Part shown: positions 9,062-17,941 of the stretch, one piece after another
How positions within the stretch are numbered: position 1 is the first letter of the stretch
How the letters are laid out: each line of letters begins with the position of its first letter
Assembly (NCBI GenBank): GCA_036337435.1
Contig: JAYZEG010000048.1
Span: 1 to 36,716, forward strand
Origin: Myxococcota bacterium
GTDB lineage: Bacteria > Myxococcota_A > Bradymonadia > UBA7976 > UBA1532
Direction of reading: 5' to 3'
DNA: 36,716 bases
Made by a program: the position numbers and the translations under genes
The notes under the pieces: model-generated
Told to the model about the DNA's origin: nothing
Seen by the model: the letters and a program-made list of their open reading frames with translations, nothing else
Databases searched by the model: none

Positions 9062-9385
9062 TCAGACGCTAAAGCTCTCGCCGCAGCCGCATGTCCTGCG
9101 CGCATTGGGGTTTGTAAACTTGAAACCAGACTGTCCTAGATTGTCGACGTAATCAACTTCGGTCCCCATCAAGTATAAATAGCTCTTTGGGTCAACAAAC
9201 AGTTGAACGCCGTGGGACTCAAGCTCACGGTCCCCTTTATTGGGAGCCTCCGCAAACTCAAGGAAGTAGGTAAATCCAGAACACCCGCCGCCGCGCACAC
9301 CAACCCGCAAACCTTTTGTCGGATTAGGTCTTTTGTCGATTAACTCGAGTACTTTCTCTGCCGCATTTTCGCTCAAACCAATCAT
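9062..9385 (-). CDS. iscA: A-type Fe-S carrier IscA
   Basis: GLRVGVRGGGCSGFTY and NPNARRTCGCGESF. Confidence 0.95.
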   Translation of the reverse strand: MIGLSENAAEKVLELIDKRPNPTKGLRVGVRGGGCSGFTYFLEFAEAPNKGDRELESHGVQLFVDPKSYLYLMGTEVDYVDNLGQSGFKFTNPNARRTCGCGESFSV

Positions 9386-9411
9386 GTGTTGGTGCCTCCC
9401 GTTGACTCGCC

Positions 9412-9798
9412 TTAGTCAAGTCCCTTTTTCGTCTTGTAATCGCTGATCGCAGCCCGGATTGCGTCTTCGGCCAAGACAGAACAGTGGATCTTGACGGGCG
9501 GAAGAGCCAAATGATCCGCAATATCCCGATTTTTGATCGCAAGGGCTTCGTCGATCGTGCGGCCTTTGACCCATTCCGTGACCAGACTAGAACTTGCGAT
9601 AGCCGAGCCGCAGCCGTAGGTTTTAAAGCGAGCGTCCTCGATGCGCCCATCGTCGGTGACCTTGATTTGCAGACGCATGACGTCGCCACAAGCAGGTGCG
9701 CCAACGAGACCGGTTCCAACAGCCGTGTCGTTCTTGTCTAGGGTCCCAACATTTCTTGGGTTTTCGTAGTGATCAACGACTTCATCGCTATATGCCAT
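9412..9798 (-). CDS. iscU: Fe-S scaffold IscU
   Basis: MAYSDEVVDHYENPRNVG, GAPACGDVM, GCGSAIASSS, LPPVKIHCS (HscA-binding LPPVK). Confidence 0.97.
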   Translation of the reverse strand: MAYSDEVVDHYENPRNVGTLDKNDTAVGTGLVGAPACGDVMRLQIKVTDDGRIEDARFKTYGCGSAIASSSLVTEWVKGRTIDEALAIKNRDIADHLALPPVKIHCSVLAEDAIRAAISDYKTKKGLD

Positions 9799-9816
9799 CG
9801 TTTGTCTCCAGTGAGC

Positions 9817-11031
9817 TCAGTGTCCAGCCCATTCAATACTTTTTAAGTCTATACCATCTTGATGCATTTCCCATAAGGGAGACATCGCTCTTAACTTTGC
9901 AACGGAACGAATCACAAGGTCAGCGACATAGTCGACCTCAGCTTCCGTGTTAAACCGACCGACACCGAACCGAATGCTCGAGTGTGCATTCTCGTCGTCT
10001 AGGCCAATTGACCGTAATACGTAACTTGGCTCCAGGCTTGCGGATGTACACGCCGACCCGCTAGAAACGGCGACATCGCGGAGTGCCATCAGGAGCGACT
10101 CCCCTTCCACAAACGTGAAACTGATATTCACGTTTCCAGGCAGATGATGCTGCTCGTGGCCATTGATGAGAATCTCGGGCACACCAGCGGCCACCTTTTC
10201 AAGGAGTCGATCACGAAGTGCCTTCGTACGTTTCATTTCTTCCGGTAATTCCAGCCGACAAAGTTCAGCCGCTTTACCCAGCCCGACGATCTGATGAACA
10301 GGGAGTGTGCCTGACCGCATACCACGTTCATGCCCTCCGCCATGCAGCTGCGGTGAAATTCGTACGCGCGGATTTTTCCGTCTCACGTACAATGCCCCGA
10401 TGCCCTTTGGTCCGTACATTTTGTGACCGGACATGGAAAGCAAGTCGATCTTCATTTCGTTGACGTCGATGGGCACTTTGCCCACTGTTTGAGCTGCGTC
10501 GGTATGGAATAGAACACCGGCTTCTCGACAAATGGCACCAAACTCCCCAATGGGATTAATGGTTCCTATTTCGTTGTTCCCGTGCATGAGAGAAACCACC
10601 ACCGTGTCCGGTCGGATGGCTTTCCTCAATTCGTCTGGCGAAATCGTTCCATCTTCATTGACGGGAAGCCAGGTTACCTCGGCCCCCTGCCGCTCCAAAT
10701 ATCGAGCGGTATCGATAATGGCTTTGTGCTCTGTTGGTGCCGTAATAATGTGATTGCCTTTTTTTGCGTAGAATTCGAAGGCACCCTTGAGCGCCATGTT
10801 GTCGCTCTCCGTTGCACCGCTGGTGAAAACGATTTCCTTAGCTGACGCTCCGATCAGTTCGGCAATCTGCTCACGCGCCGATTCAACAGCTTCCTCTGCG
10901 GTCCAGCCAAAGGCGTGATTCCGGCTAGACGCATTTCCAAAATGGTCCGCCAAATAGGGCACCATTGCGTCCACAACACGGGGATCACATGGTGTCGTCG
11001 CTTGGTTATCCATATAGATGGGTAACTTCAT
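9817..11031 (-). CDS. iscS: Cysteine desulfurase IscS
   Basis: [11 protein letters not shown] lysine motif [10 protein letters not shown], catalytic SSGSACTS, C-terminal MSPLWEM...IEW. GGAG precedes ATG 11031. Confidence 0.97.
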   Translation of the reverse strand: MKLPIYMDNQATTPCDPRVVDAMVPYLADHFGNASSRNHAFGWTAEEAVESAREQIAELIGASAKEIVFTSGATESDNMALKGAFEFYAKKGNHIITAPTEHKAIIDTARYLERQGAEVTWLPVNEDGTISPDELRKAIRPDTVVVSLMHGNNEIGTINPIGEFGAICREAGVLFHTDAAQTVGKVPIDVNEMKIDLLSMSGHKMYGPKGIGALYVRRKNPRVRISPQLHGGGHERGMRSGTLPVHQIVGLGKAAELCRLELPEEMKRTKALRDRLLEKVAAGVPEILINGHEQHHLPGNVNISFTFVEGESLLMALRDVAVSSGSACTSASLEPSYVLRSIGLDDENAHSSIRFGVGRFNTEAEVDYVADLVIRSVAKLRAMSPLWEMHQDGIDLKSIEWAGH

Positions 11032-11071
11032 AAGAGTCTTTACTCCGTTAATCTCAAACAAGTGCGGGCGG

Positions 11072-11560
11072 CTAATGCGCCAGCAATCCAGTAATCAATG
11101 TTGGCTTCGTTTCGTGAGCGCGTTGTGCCCCGACGCATGTGGAACATGCATCGACCGCCGCAACCTGCTGTCCGCATCCTGTGCATCCGTCCAAAAACGA
11201 GACACTCTCGACCAACTCTCTCTCCAATGCCTCTAATGCCAGCCGCTTTTGCTTCACGGCTTTCAAACGTGTCGCATACACGTCTCGCAACCGAGCCATG
11301 GCACTCTCGGGTTGGCCCTCAGACCGCCAATCGGCCAGCAACTCAGCGATATCACCTAGGGTTAAATCCAGGTGTTGCAATCGGGAGATGTATTGGATGC
11401 GCTCTACGTTGCCGTTATCGTACATTCGATAACCGCTTTTAGTTCGTTCAGCCGGTGTCAAAAGGCCGAGTTCTTCGTACAAATGAAGTGCCCGAACCGT
11501 TTTGTCCGTACGAGCAGCAAGCTCGCCGATTCGATATAATGTCCGCTTACTCTCAGCCAC
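11072..11560 (-). CDS. MerR-family transcriptional regulator with C-terminal 4-Cys cluster (CxxC-x9-CxxC)
   Basis: Mer[41 protein letters not shown], then a coiled coil and [25 protein letters not shown] precedes GTG 11560. Confidence 0.9.
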   Translation of the reverse strand: MAESKRTLYRIGELAARTDKTVRALHLYEELGLLTPAERTKSGYRMYDNGNVERIQYISRLQHLDLTLGDIAELLADWRSEGQPESAMARLRDVYATRLKAVKQKRLALEALERELVESVSFLDGCTGCGQQVAAVDACSTCVGAQRAHETKPTLITGLLAH

Positions 11561-11582
11561 AAATCGCTCCTGATATGGGCGC

Positions 11583-11611
11583 AACCTAGTGATTTAGTTC
11601 CGTGTTGTCAA
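11583..11611 (-). promoter_or_regulatory. Sigma70-type promoter of the merR-like/isc operon
   Basis: Minus strand TTGACA (11611-11606), 17 nt spacer, TAGGTT (11588-11583). Confidence 0.7.
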
Positions 11612-11618
11612 CAAGCCT

Positions 11619-11642
11619 AACTCTAACGTATGCGTAAGGGTT
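11619..11642. promoter_or_regulatory. Imperfect dyad, candidate MerR-type operator
   Basis: AACTCTAACG-TATG-CGTAAGGGTT with arms matching 8/10. It overlaps the spacer and -10 of a second possible promoter, TTGAAA(11648-11643)-17-TAGAGT(11625-11620). Confidence 0.55.
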
Positions 11643-11760
11643 TTTCAAACCGAGACGGAGAGACGTTGGCCTCACGGTACAGTTACAGAACCATGGCCGA
11701 ATCAACCATCTAGAATGATTCAACTTTTTTGGAAATGAGGCAGACCGATAGAGCGGGATG

Positions 11761-12561
11761 CTAATCGGGGTTAGCCGCTTTGAACTTCACATATTGACGC
11801 ATCGAACGCCCGTCAGGGGTGACGTAGCTGAGGCCAAACACCGTATTAATTTCATCTGAAAGCCCCAGTGCGATACGCCATGAACGAACGTCATTGGTAT
11901 AATGAGGACCGAGCATTGTCAGCTTCGTTTTTGCGGGCATTTGCAATAATGAGATGAGTCCCGACGGCAATGCATCTTCGACATAAACAGTCTCTGGCAT
12001 CGTGCCCTCTTCAATTCCGTCGAAGTATGTCTGCAGTTTCTCCTTAAACTCCTGTTTGGCGAAGTGCGGGTGCGGATCGTCTTCGGGTGGAACCTCGTAC
12101 GGTGTCTGATTCGCCAATATGGTTTTGACGTCGACGTAATCCTTTACTGCAAATTCGCCGGTCGTGACCACCGGCCAGGCGCGAATGTCATGCTCATTGT
12201 CGGGAATGTTTTTGCGGGGGTCTTCGTCGTAGTCCGATGACGGCGGCATGATGTCCCGTGGTTGGCCTGTGTTCGCCTCACAATCGGCCTGTTTCGCCAG
12301 TTGCACGGGCTTTGCATCCTCCGCTTTAAGGCCTTTTGAGGGCCGCGCCGTCCGATTCGCATTCGTGACCCGATATTCGGCATGGCGTCGTTCGATCAAC
12401 TCGGTTGCTTCAGCACCGATGGGCTGACCTATTCCTTTGTTGATTGCATTCGCCTGTGCGATCACCGATGCCTTTACGGATTCATTTTTAGGTGCTGGGC
12501 TAATGACCCAAACCACAAGTGCAATCAGCAATGCAAACGCACTCATTATGACCTTGTCCAT
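11761..12561 (-). CDS. Hypothetical membrane-anchored protein
   Basis: 266-aa ORF with an N-terminal hydrophobic anchor, a Pro/Asp-rich linker and a globular C-terminus. AAAGGGG RBS. Confidence 0.7.
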   Translation of the reverse strand: MDKVIMSAFALLIALVVWVISPAPKNESVKASVIAQANAINKGIGQPIGAEATELIERRHAEYRVTNANRTARPSKGLKAEDAKPVQLAKQADCEANTGQPRDIMPPSSDYDEDPRKNIPDNEHDIRAWPVVTTGEFAVKDYVDVKTILANQTPYEVPPEDDPHPHFAKQEFKEKLQTYFDGIEEGTMPETVYVEDALPSGLISLLQMPAKTKLTMLGPHYTNDVRSWRIALGLSDEINTVFGLSYVTPDGRSMRQYVKFKAANPD

Positions 12562-12864
12562 CCAATACCCCTTTCAGACGAAACGTGCCGTGCCAACACA
12601 CAGATTCGGAGCCCATCACACGAACCACTCGATATTAGCGTTTAATTCCGTTTATGTCGCCATTTCTGTGCGACTATTAGACGCACAATGATGGAACCAA
12701 GATTCTTCTGAGCACAAAACGGCGAATTAAATGTGAGCCACTCCGGTGTGCAATTGATTCCGAACCGGCCAGGAGTGGAATAAAATACCACTCCTATCCT
12801 CCACACCCCTTGCGGTATATTCACTAATTGGGGTAGCACAAAGCTCTAAATTCTCGAGGTGGTT

Positions 12865-15800
12865 ATGCAGAGTAAAGAGAGCGCATTTCGTCCCATAGAT
12901 ACTCAGGTGGGCTTCCCAACCGAGGAACGCAAGGTCAAAACACTTTGGGATGACAAAGAGATCTTCAAAAGGTCCATCGACGAAAAACCCGACGAGAAAC
13001 GCTACGTCTTCTACGATGGGCCTCCTTTTGCAACGGGCTTACCCCATTACGGGCACTTGGTTGCCAATACCATCAAGGACATCGTCCCACGATATTGGGC
13101 GATGCGCGGATTCAAAATAGAACGACGCTTTGGATGGGATACGCACGGGCTGCCCATCGAAATGCTGATGGAAAAGGAATTAGAGCTGTCTGGCCCGACG
13201 AGTATTCGCGCATTCGGCGTCGACCGGTTTAATGAAGCGTGTCGGGCCAATGTCCTCAAATATACAGAAGAGTGGCGAAGAGTCGTGGGTCGACTTGGGC
13301 GGTGGGTTGACTTCGACAACGATTACAAGACCATGGACGCAACATTTATGGAAAGCGTTTGGTGGGTCTTCAAGAGTCTTTGGGATAAAGGACTGGTCTA
13401 CGAGGATTTTAGGGTCATGCCCTTCAGTTGGCGTCTATCAACGGCACTGTCAAACTTTGAAGCGAATCTCGACTACCGCGATGTGCAAGACCCAGCCATT
13501 ACGGTTTCGATGCCAATTTCTAATCAACCCGGCGTCTCCCTGTTAATCTGGACGACCACACCGTGGACGCTGCCTTCTAATTTGGCGATCGCAGTCGGCT
13601 CAGATATCGATTATGTGAAAGCAAAAACACCCGACGATGATGAGGTTTACATCGTTGCAAAGGAACGCTTCAAGAGTGTGTTAGGAGAGGACGCGACGGT
13701 AATTGAAGTCGTTAAGGGATCCGAGTTGGTCGGAATTCGCTACGAGCCAATATTCGACTTTTTTGCCGACCATGCCAATTCATTTCAAGTCATTGCCTCC
13801 GGTCACGTCACGACGGATAACGGCACGGGTCTGGTTCATATGGCACCCGATTTTGGCGAAGATGACTTTGCCGCATGCAAGGCTGCTGGAATCCATGTGA
13901 TTCAGAGCGTCGACAACGAAGGCTGCTTTGCTGAGAATGTTCCACCCTATGCCGGCCAAAATGTAAAAGCGGCTGATCCGACGATCATCAAGGATATCAA
14001 GCACAGCGGCCGTCTTTTCAAACAGGCCACGATCCAACATAGCTACCCCTACTGCTGGAGGAGCGGCACACCCCTCATCTACAAGGCTGTCCCTGCTCGT
14101 TTTGTGCGCGTGCAAGCACTTCGTGAACGAATGGTAAAACACAATCAAGACATTCACTGGGTGCCTGGAGCCGTCGGCAGTAAGAGATTCGGAAATTGGT
14201 TAGCCGACGCACGAGATTGGAACGTCTCGAGGAATCGCTTCTGGGGTACGCCGATACCGGTATGGCGCTGTACGAATTGTGACCAGGAGGATTGCCTGGG
14301 CAGCATCGAGGAACTCGAAGCTGCCACCGGTGCCAAAATAGACGATATTCACCCCCACAAAATAGACGGACTCACCTACAAATGCAGTCAATGCGAAGGT
14401 GAGATGGTCCGCATCAACGATGTATTCGATTGTTGGTTTGAGTCGGGCTCTATGCCCTACGCCCAGGACCACTATCCATTTGAAAACACGGCGCGGTTCG
14501 AAGCCAATTTTCCGGCCGAGTTTATCGCGGAAGGTCTAGACCAGACTCGTGGTTGGTTCTACACCTTGCTGGTTTTAAGTACGGCTCTGTTTGACCGACC
14601 ACCATTTACCAACTGTATCGTGAACGGAATGGTTCTCGCGGAAGATGGCTCAAAGATGAGCAAATCTAAGCAGAATTATCCAAATCCAGAATCGGTTTTT
14701 GAACAGTACGGAGCCGATGCACTTCGCGCCTATTTGATCAATTCGCCGGTGGTTCGGGCTGAACCTTTGAGGTTCAGCGAGAACGGCGTACGCGATGTCG
14801 TCAGAACCGTGCTCATTCCCCTACGCAATGCGTGGTCGTTCTTCGTTCAATACGCCAATATCGACGGCTGGCATCCAGAGACGGGCTTGCCTGGTGTGGA
14901 GACTCCAAAAGTCGAAGACCGACCAGAGCTCGACCGATGGCTTCTTTCTGTCCAACAATCACTGGTCCGTGACGTCAACGAACAGATGGAAGGCTACTAT
15001 CTATACAAGGTCGTGCCACCAATCTTGGGATTTATCGACGATTTAACCAATTGGTACATTCGCAGAAGTCGAAGACGGTTTTGGCGTGCAGCAGATGATG
15101 TCAGCGGACAAGTGGATAAGGCCTGTGCCTACGCGACGCTCTATGAAGCCCTGGTCACCTTTGCCAAAGTGATGGCGCCTGTGCTGCCATTCGTCAGTGA
15201 ATCCGTATATCAGAACTTGGTGGTCGAACCGGATACATCGAGTGCTCAAGACAGTGTCCACCTTTGCGCATATCCACAGGTCGAATCACAAAAAATCGAC
15301 GACGCGCTCGAACGTGAAGTTGAACAGGTTCGAAAGGTGGTCAGTATGGGCCGCGCCCTTCGTGAAAAACATCGGCTAAAAACACGGCAGCCTTTAAGAC
15401 GCGTAACCGTAGTTCACCACGATGCAGCTGTTCGAGACGCTGTGGCTTCACAGCGGGACTTAATCGCGGAAGAGTTAAACGTAAAAGATGTCGCCGTTGT
15501 ACAAAATGACTCGGATCTCGCAACACTGAGCTTCAAGGCCAACTTCAAAACACTCGGCCGTCGGCTCGGAAAGCGAATGAAGGACGCAGCTCAAACCATT
15601 GCCAACTTCAGCTCTGAACAGTGGGCTGAGCTGCAAGACGGGGGTCATATTACGGTTGCCGATGAACACATCACTGCGGAAGACATCATTGTCGTACGCA
15701 CGGCCCGGGGCGATGTCGTCATTGAAGTTGAAGGCAGCTTGACAGTCGCTATCGATCATATACTCGACGACGAATTGATCGCTGAAGGTCACGCTCGAGA

Positions 15801-16035
15801 GATTACAAGCCGGCTTCAACGTTTGCGTAAAGACCGTGGACTTGACGTCACGGATCGCATCGCTTTACGAGCATCAACATCTAGCGATGTCCTCACGACC
15901 GTTCTTGACCAATACAAATCGTCCATCGCCGCAGAGGTATTGGCGACATCTTTCGATGTGACTCAGGATGACAATCTCGAGACAATCGTGGAGCTTGATG
16001 GCCATATTCTGAGGATTGATATGCAGCGTGCATGA
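12865..16035 (+). CDS. ileS: Isoleucine--tRNA ligase, type 2 (IleRS2)
   Basis: FYDGPPFATGLPHYGH, GWDTHGLPIE, WTTTPWTLPSN, SRNRFWGTPIP, EGLDQTRGWFY, KMSKS, long C-terminal extension. GAGGTGG precedes ATG 12865. Confidence 0.97.
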   Translation: MQSKESAFRPIDTQVGFPTEERKVKTLWDDKEIFKRSIDEKPDEKRYVFYDGPPFATGLPHYGHLVANTIKDIVPRYWAMRGFKIERRFGWDTHGLPIEMLMEKELELSGPTSIRAFGVDRFNEACRANVLKYTEEWRRVVGRLGRWVDFDNDYKTMDATFMESVWWVFKSLWDKGLVYEDFRVMPFSWRLSTALSNFEANLDYRDVQDPAITVSMPISNQPGVSLLIWTTTPWTLPSNLAIAVGSDIDYVKAKTPDDDEVYIVAKERFKSVLGEDATVIEVVKGSELVGIRYEPIFDFFADHANSFQVIASGHVTTDNGTGLVHMAPDFGEDDFAACKAAGIHVIQSVDNEGCFAENVPPYAGQNVKAADPTIIKDIKHSGRLFKQATIQHSYPYCWRSGTPLIYKAVPARFVRVQALRERMVKHNQDIHWVPGAVGSKRFGNWLADARDWNVSRNRFWGTPIPVWRCTNCDQEDCLGSIEELEAATGAKIDDIHPHKIDGLTYKCSQCEGEMVRINDVFDCWFESGSMPYAQDHYPFENTARFEANFPAEFIAEGLDQTRGWFYTLLVLSTALFDRPPFTNCIVNGMVLAEDGSKMSKSKQNYPNPESVFEQYGADALRAYLINSPVVRAEPLRFSENGVRDVVRTVLIPLRNAWSFFVQYANIDGWHPETGLPGVETPKVEDRPELDRWLLSVQQSLVRDVNEQMEGYYLYKVVPPILGFIDDLTNWYIRRSRRRFWRAADDVSGQVDKACAYATLYEALVTFAKVMAPVLPFVSESVYQNLVVEPDTSSAQDSVHLCAYPQVESQKIDDALEREVEQVRKVVSMGRALREKHRLKTRQPLRRVTVVHHDAAVRDAVASQRDLIAEELNVKDVAVVQNDSDLATLSFKANFKTLGRRLGKRMKDAAQTIANFSSEQWAELQDGGHITVADEHITAEDIIVVRTARGDVVIEVEGSLTVAIDHILDDELIAEGHAREITSRLQRLRKDRGLDVTDRIALRASTSSDVLTTVLDQYKSSIAAEVLATSFDVTQDDNLETIVELDGHILRIDMQRA

Positions 16036-16114
16036 ATCTTGAGAATGGGCAGGTAACAACCAAAGTGAACTCAGTTTTTTTAGTGGGCTCTCGGAGAGAT
16101 CATTTTTTAGAAAT

Positions 16115-16990
16115 ATGCGGGGCATCTTGTTGGTTAGAGTGGGACAACGAAATGGCCATGGCTCTTCTCGTCCCGGGGCGTTAGCATTGCGGATAATCAC
16201 ACCTATATTTTGTCTCGTTATCCTGACCAGCATCAGCGTGGCAAAGTGCCCAAAAGACGGGCCGATGAGTGCTCGACTTTCCTCTCATGAATTTGAGATC
16301 CCAGGGTATGACGCCAGCCGCGGATTACTGGCCATCAGACCATCAAAAATCCTGTTTGCGAATACCCAGCGGGATAATGAGATTAGAATTCATTGGTCGA
16401 GCCGGGACATACACTTCTCAGTCCCTCCATCGGCCCTTGGCATCGGCCTCGAGGATGGAAAAACAACACTGACTCTGGCAGTGACCGGACATCCTCCCGC
16501 ACCATCGGAGACGGTTGAGCCGTCCGTACCCTGTCGAGACATGGTTCCCAATCGAGTCGCACTCAACCGCCGCGGCATCGAGATTGCCTACGTTAATGTG
16601 AGCAAGAAAAAACTCCAGGAACGCCTCGGCTTACGCCTTAATAGCACCATAAGGGTTGAGCGAGGTCAGGTAGATACGGAGGCCGTTAAACGCATTTCCC
16701 AGACTGTTGCCAAGGCATGTGCTCGTCAAATGCAACATGGAGGAGCAACCCTTCAAGGTGCACTCAGTATCCAGCTTGAAAGTTCTGTTCTCGGCGAACC
16801 TCGTCCCCCTAGGGCTGTTGTCGATGGCTTGGTTAATCGGCCATTCACTCAATGTCTATTGAGTTCGTTTAAGCGACATGGGCGTTTATGGACCCTGATG
16901 CAACCCGCGACGCGCACGTACGTGACAATTTACCTAGTCAGATCGGGGGTACCTTCGAAATCGAATCCGCACGGTCCGGCCACTGATTGA
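16115..16990 (+). CDS. Hypothetical exported protein with possible AgmX/PglI (TonB-C-like) C-terminal domain
   Basis: Hydrophobic segment IITPIFCLVILTSISVA. The C-terminal pattern AC..Q.......LQG.LSIQL.....G......V.DGL....F.QCL resembles that domain. Start uncertain. Confidence 0.55.
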   Translation: MRGILLVRVGQRNGHGSSRPGALALRIITPIFCLVILTSISVAKCPKDGPMSARLSSHEFEIPGYDASRGLLAIRPSKILFANTQRDNEIRIHWSSRDIHFSVPPSALGIGLEDGKTTLTLAVTGHPPAPSETVEPSVPCRDMVPNRVALNRRGIEIAYVNVSKKKLQERLGLRLNSTIRVERGQVDTEAVKRISQTVAKACARQMQHGGATLQGALSIQLESSVLGEPRPPRAVVDGLVNRPFTQCLLSSFKRHGRLWTLMQPATRTYVTIYLVRSGVPSKSNPHGPATD

Positions 16991-17537
16991 TGACACGCCC
17001 CATGAGGTGGTCTCTCGGGACGAGACCGTTAATCGGAGATCGCCGACAAAAGCGAGCGAGGTCACACCCGACATAGACAAAATCGGGCGGCACTTGCACA
17101 AGCCGATTCTGACGCAAATTGAGCCGGCTCCGATTGGGTAAGCCTTTTGCGCGGTCACCCAGCTCAGTCGTCTTGACCCAGTTCGCCTGTAAGCCGTCTG
17201 GAACCAGGCGCGTTTCATTTCGAAGCGGCCCTTTGTTCGTCAGCTCGATCTCATCGCCCGGAACACCGACGAGTCGCCTCAGAACCTGATACTGACCATC
17301 GTCGACGACAACGACGTCACCCGGTTCGCCATCAGAGTAGGATACCAAAATGACGTCCCCTAACTGAATCGTCGGCGACATCGTATCACTGGCGACACGC
17401 ATGAGTTGGCCGATGAACAGCTGAAAAGCCAATAACATCAGAACGGAGAGGATGACCGCTAGACCGATCAGCTCTTTGCGGCGAATGGCTGGAAATGTAC
17501 TCGGACTGCGAATCGGTCTTCTACGTAGACGCGCCAT
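16938..17537 (-). CDS. Signal peptidase I (S26)-like membrane protein with substituted catalytic residues
   Basis: TM helix, then box B VASDTMSPTI.LGD.ILV, box C GDVVV and box D VLRRLVGVPGDEI; box E is degenerate. Confidence 0.7.
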   Translation of the reverse strand: MARLRRRPIRSPSTFPAIRRKELIGLAVILSVLMLLAFQLFIGQLMRVASDTMSPTIQLGDVILVSYSDGEPGDVVVVDDGQYQVLRRLVGVPGDEIELTNKGPLRNETRLVPDGLQANWVKTTELGDRAKGLPNRSRLNLRQNRLVQVPPDFVYVGCDLARFCRRSPINGLVPRDHLMGRVINQWPDRADSISKVPPI

Positions 17538-17543
17538 AAGACA

Positions 17544-17939
17544 TCAACGCGCCGTCTCGGGCCGATAAATGACAACTTGACCTCCAAACGCTTGCTCAAC
17601 CTCTCCATCAGAAAAGTCAAAATCCGTTGGGCATAGTCCTGGTCTCGGTCCGTTTAAACCAGCGACTAAATTAGCCATCTCACGGGGCGTACAGGCACCC
17701 GCGCGAAAAAGAATGAGCCGACCGCATGGGAGAAACTTATGAGGTGGTCTTAAAACCGGTAAATCGCCGGCGAGGCCATTGGCGGCGATGGTCGATAGCA
17801 TTCCTGCGAGACGCCAATCGACTTGGGCTGTCAAACCTCGTAATGGTCGACCATCAACGTTGACGCAAAGGATCAACGGGTCACACGGACGTGTCCTTAA
17901 ACCCTCTAAAGTTGCCGCTGCGGTCGCCAAATTACTCAT
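17544..17939 (-). CDS. Stand-alone peptidase M17 N-terminal-like domain protein
   Basis: D.RPLRGL...VDWRL.G.LS motif recalled from deltaproteobacterial/myxobacterial M17-N-like proteins. Starts 2 nt after the nusB stop. Confidence 0.6.
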   Translation of the reverse strand: MSNLATAAATLEGLRTRPCDPLILCVNVDGRPLRGLTAQVDWRLAGMLSTIAANGLAGDLPVLRPPHKFLPCGRLILFRAGACTPREMANLVAGLNGPRPGLCPTDFDFSDGEVEQAFGGQVVIYRPETAR

Positions 17940-17941
17940 GC

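Noticed and set aside
11072..11560. Calling the regulator soxR or iscR
   Set aside because: It lacks the full SoxR CxxCxCx5C motif, and its HTH is MerR-type, not Rrf2.
12800..12864. T-box riboswitch before ileS
   Set aside because: AATTGGGGTAGCAC only loosely resembles the T-box. The UGGNACC bulge and a U-tailed terminator are absent.
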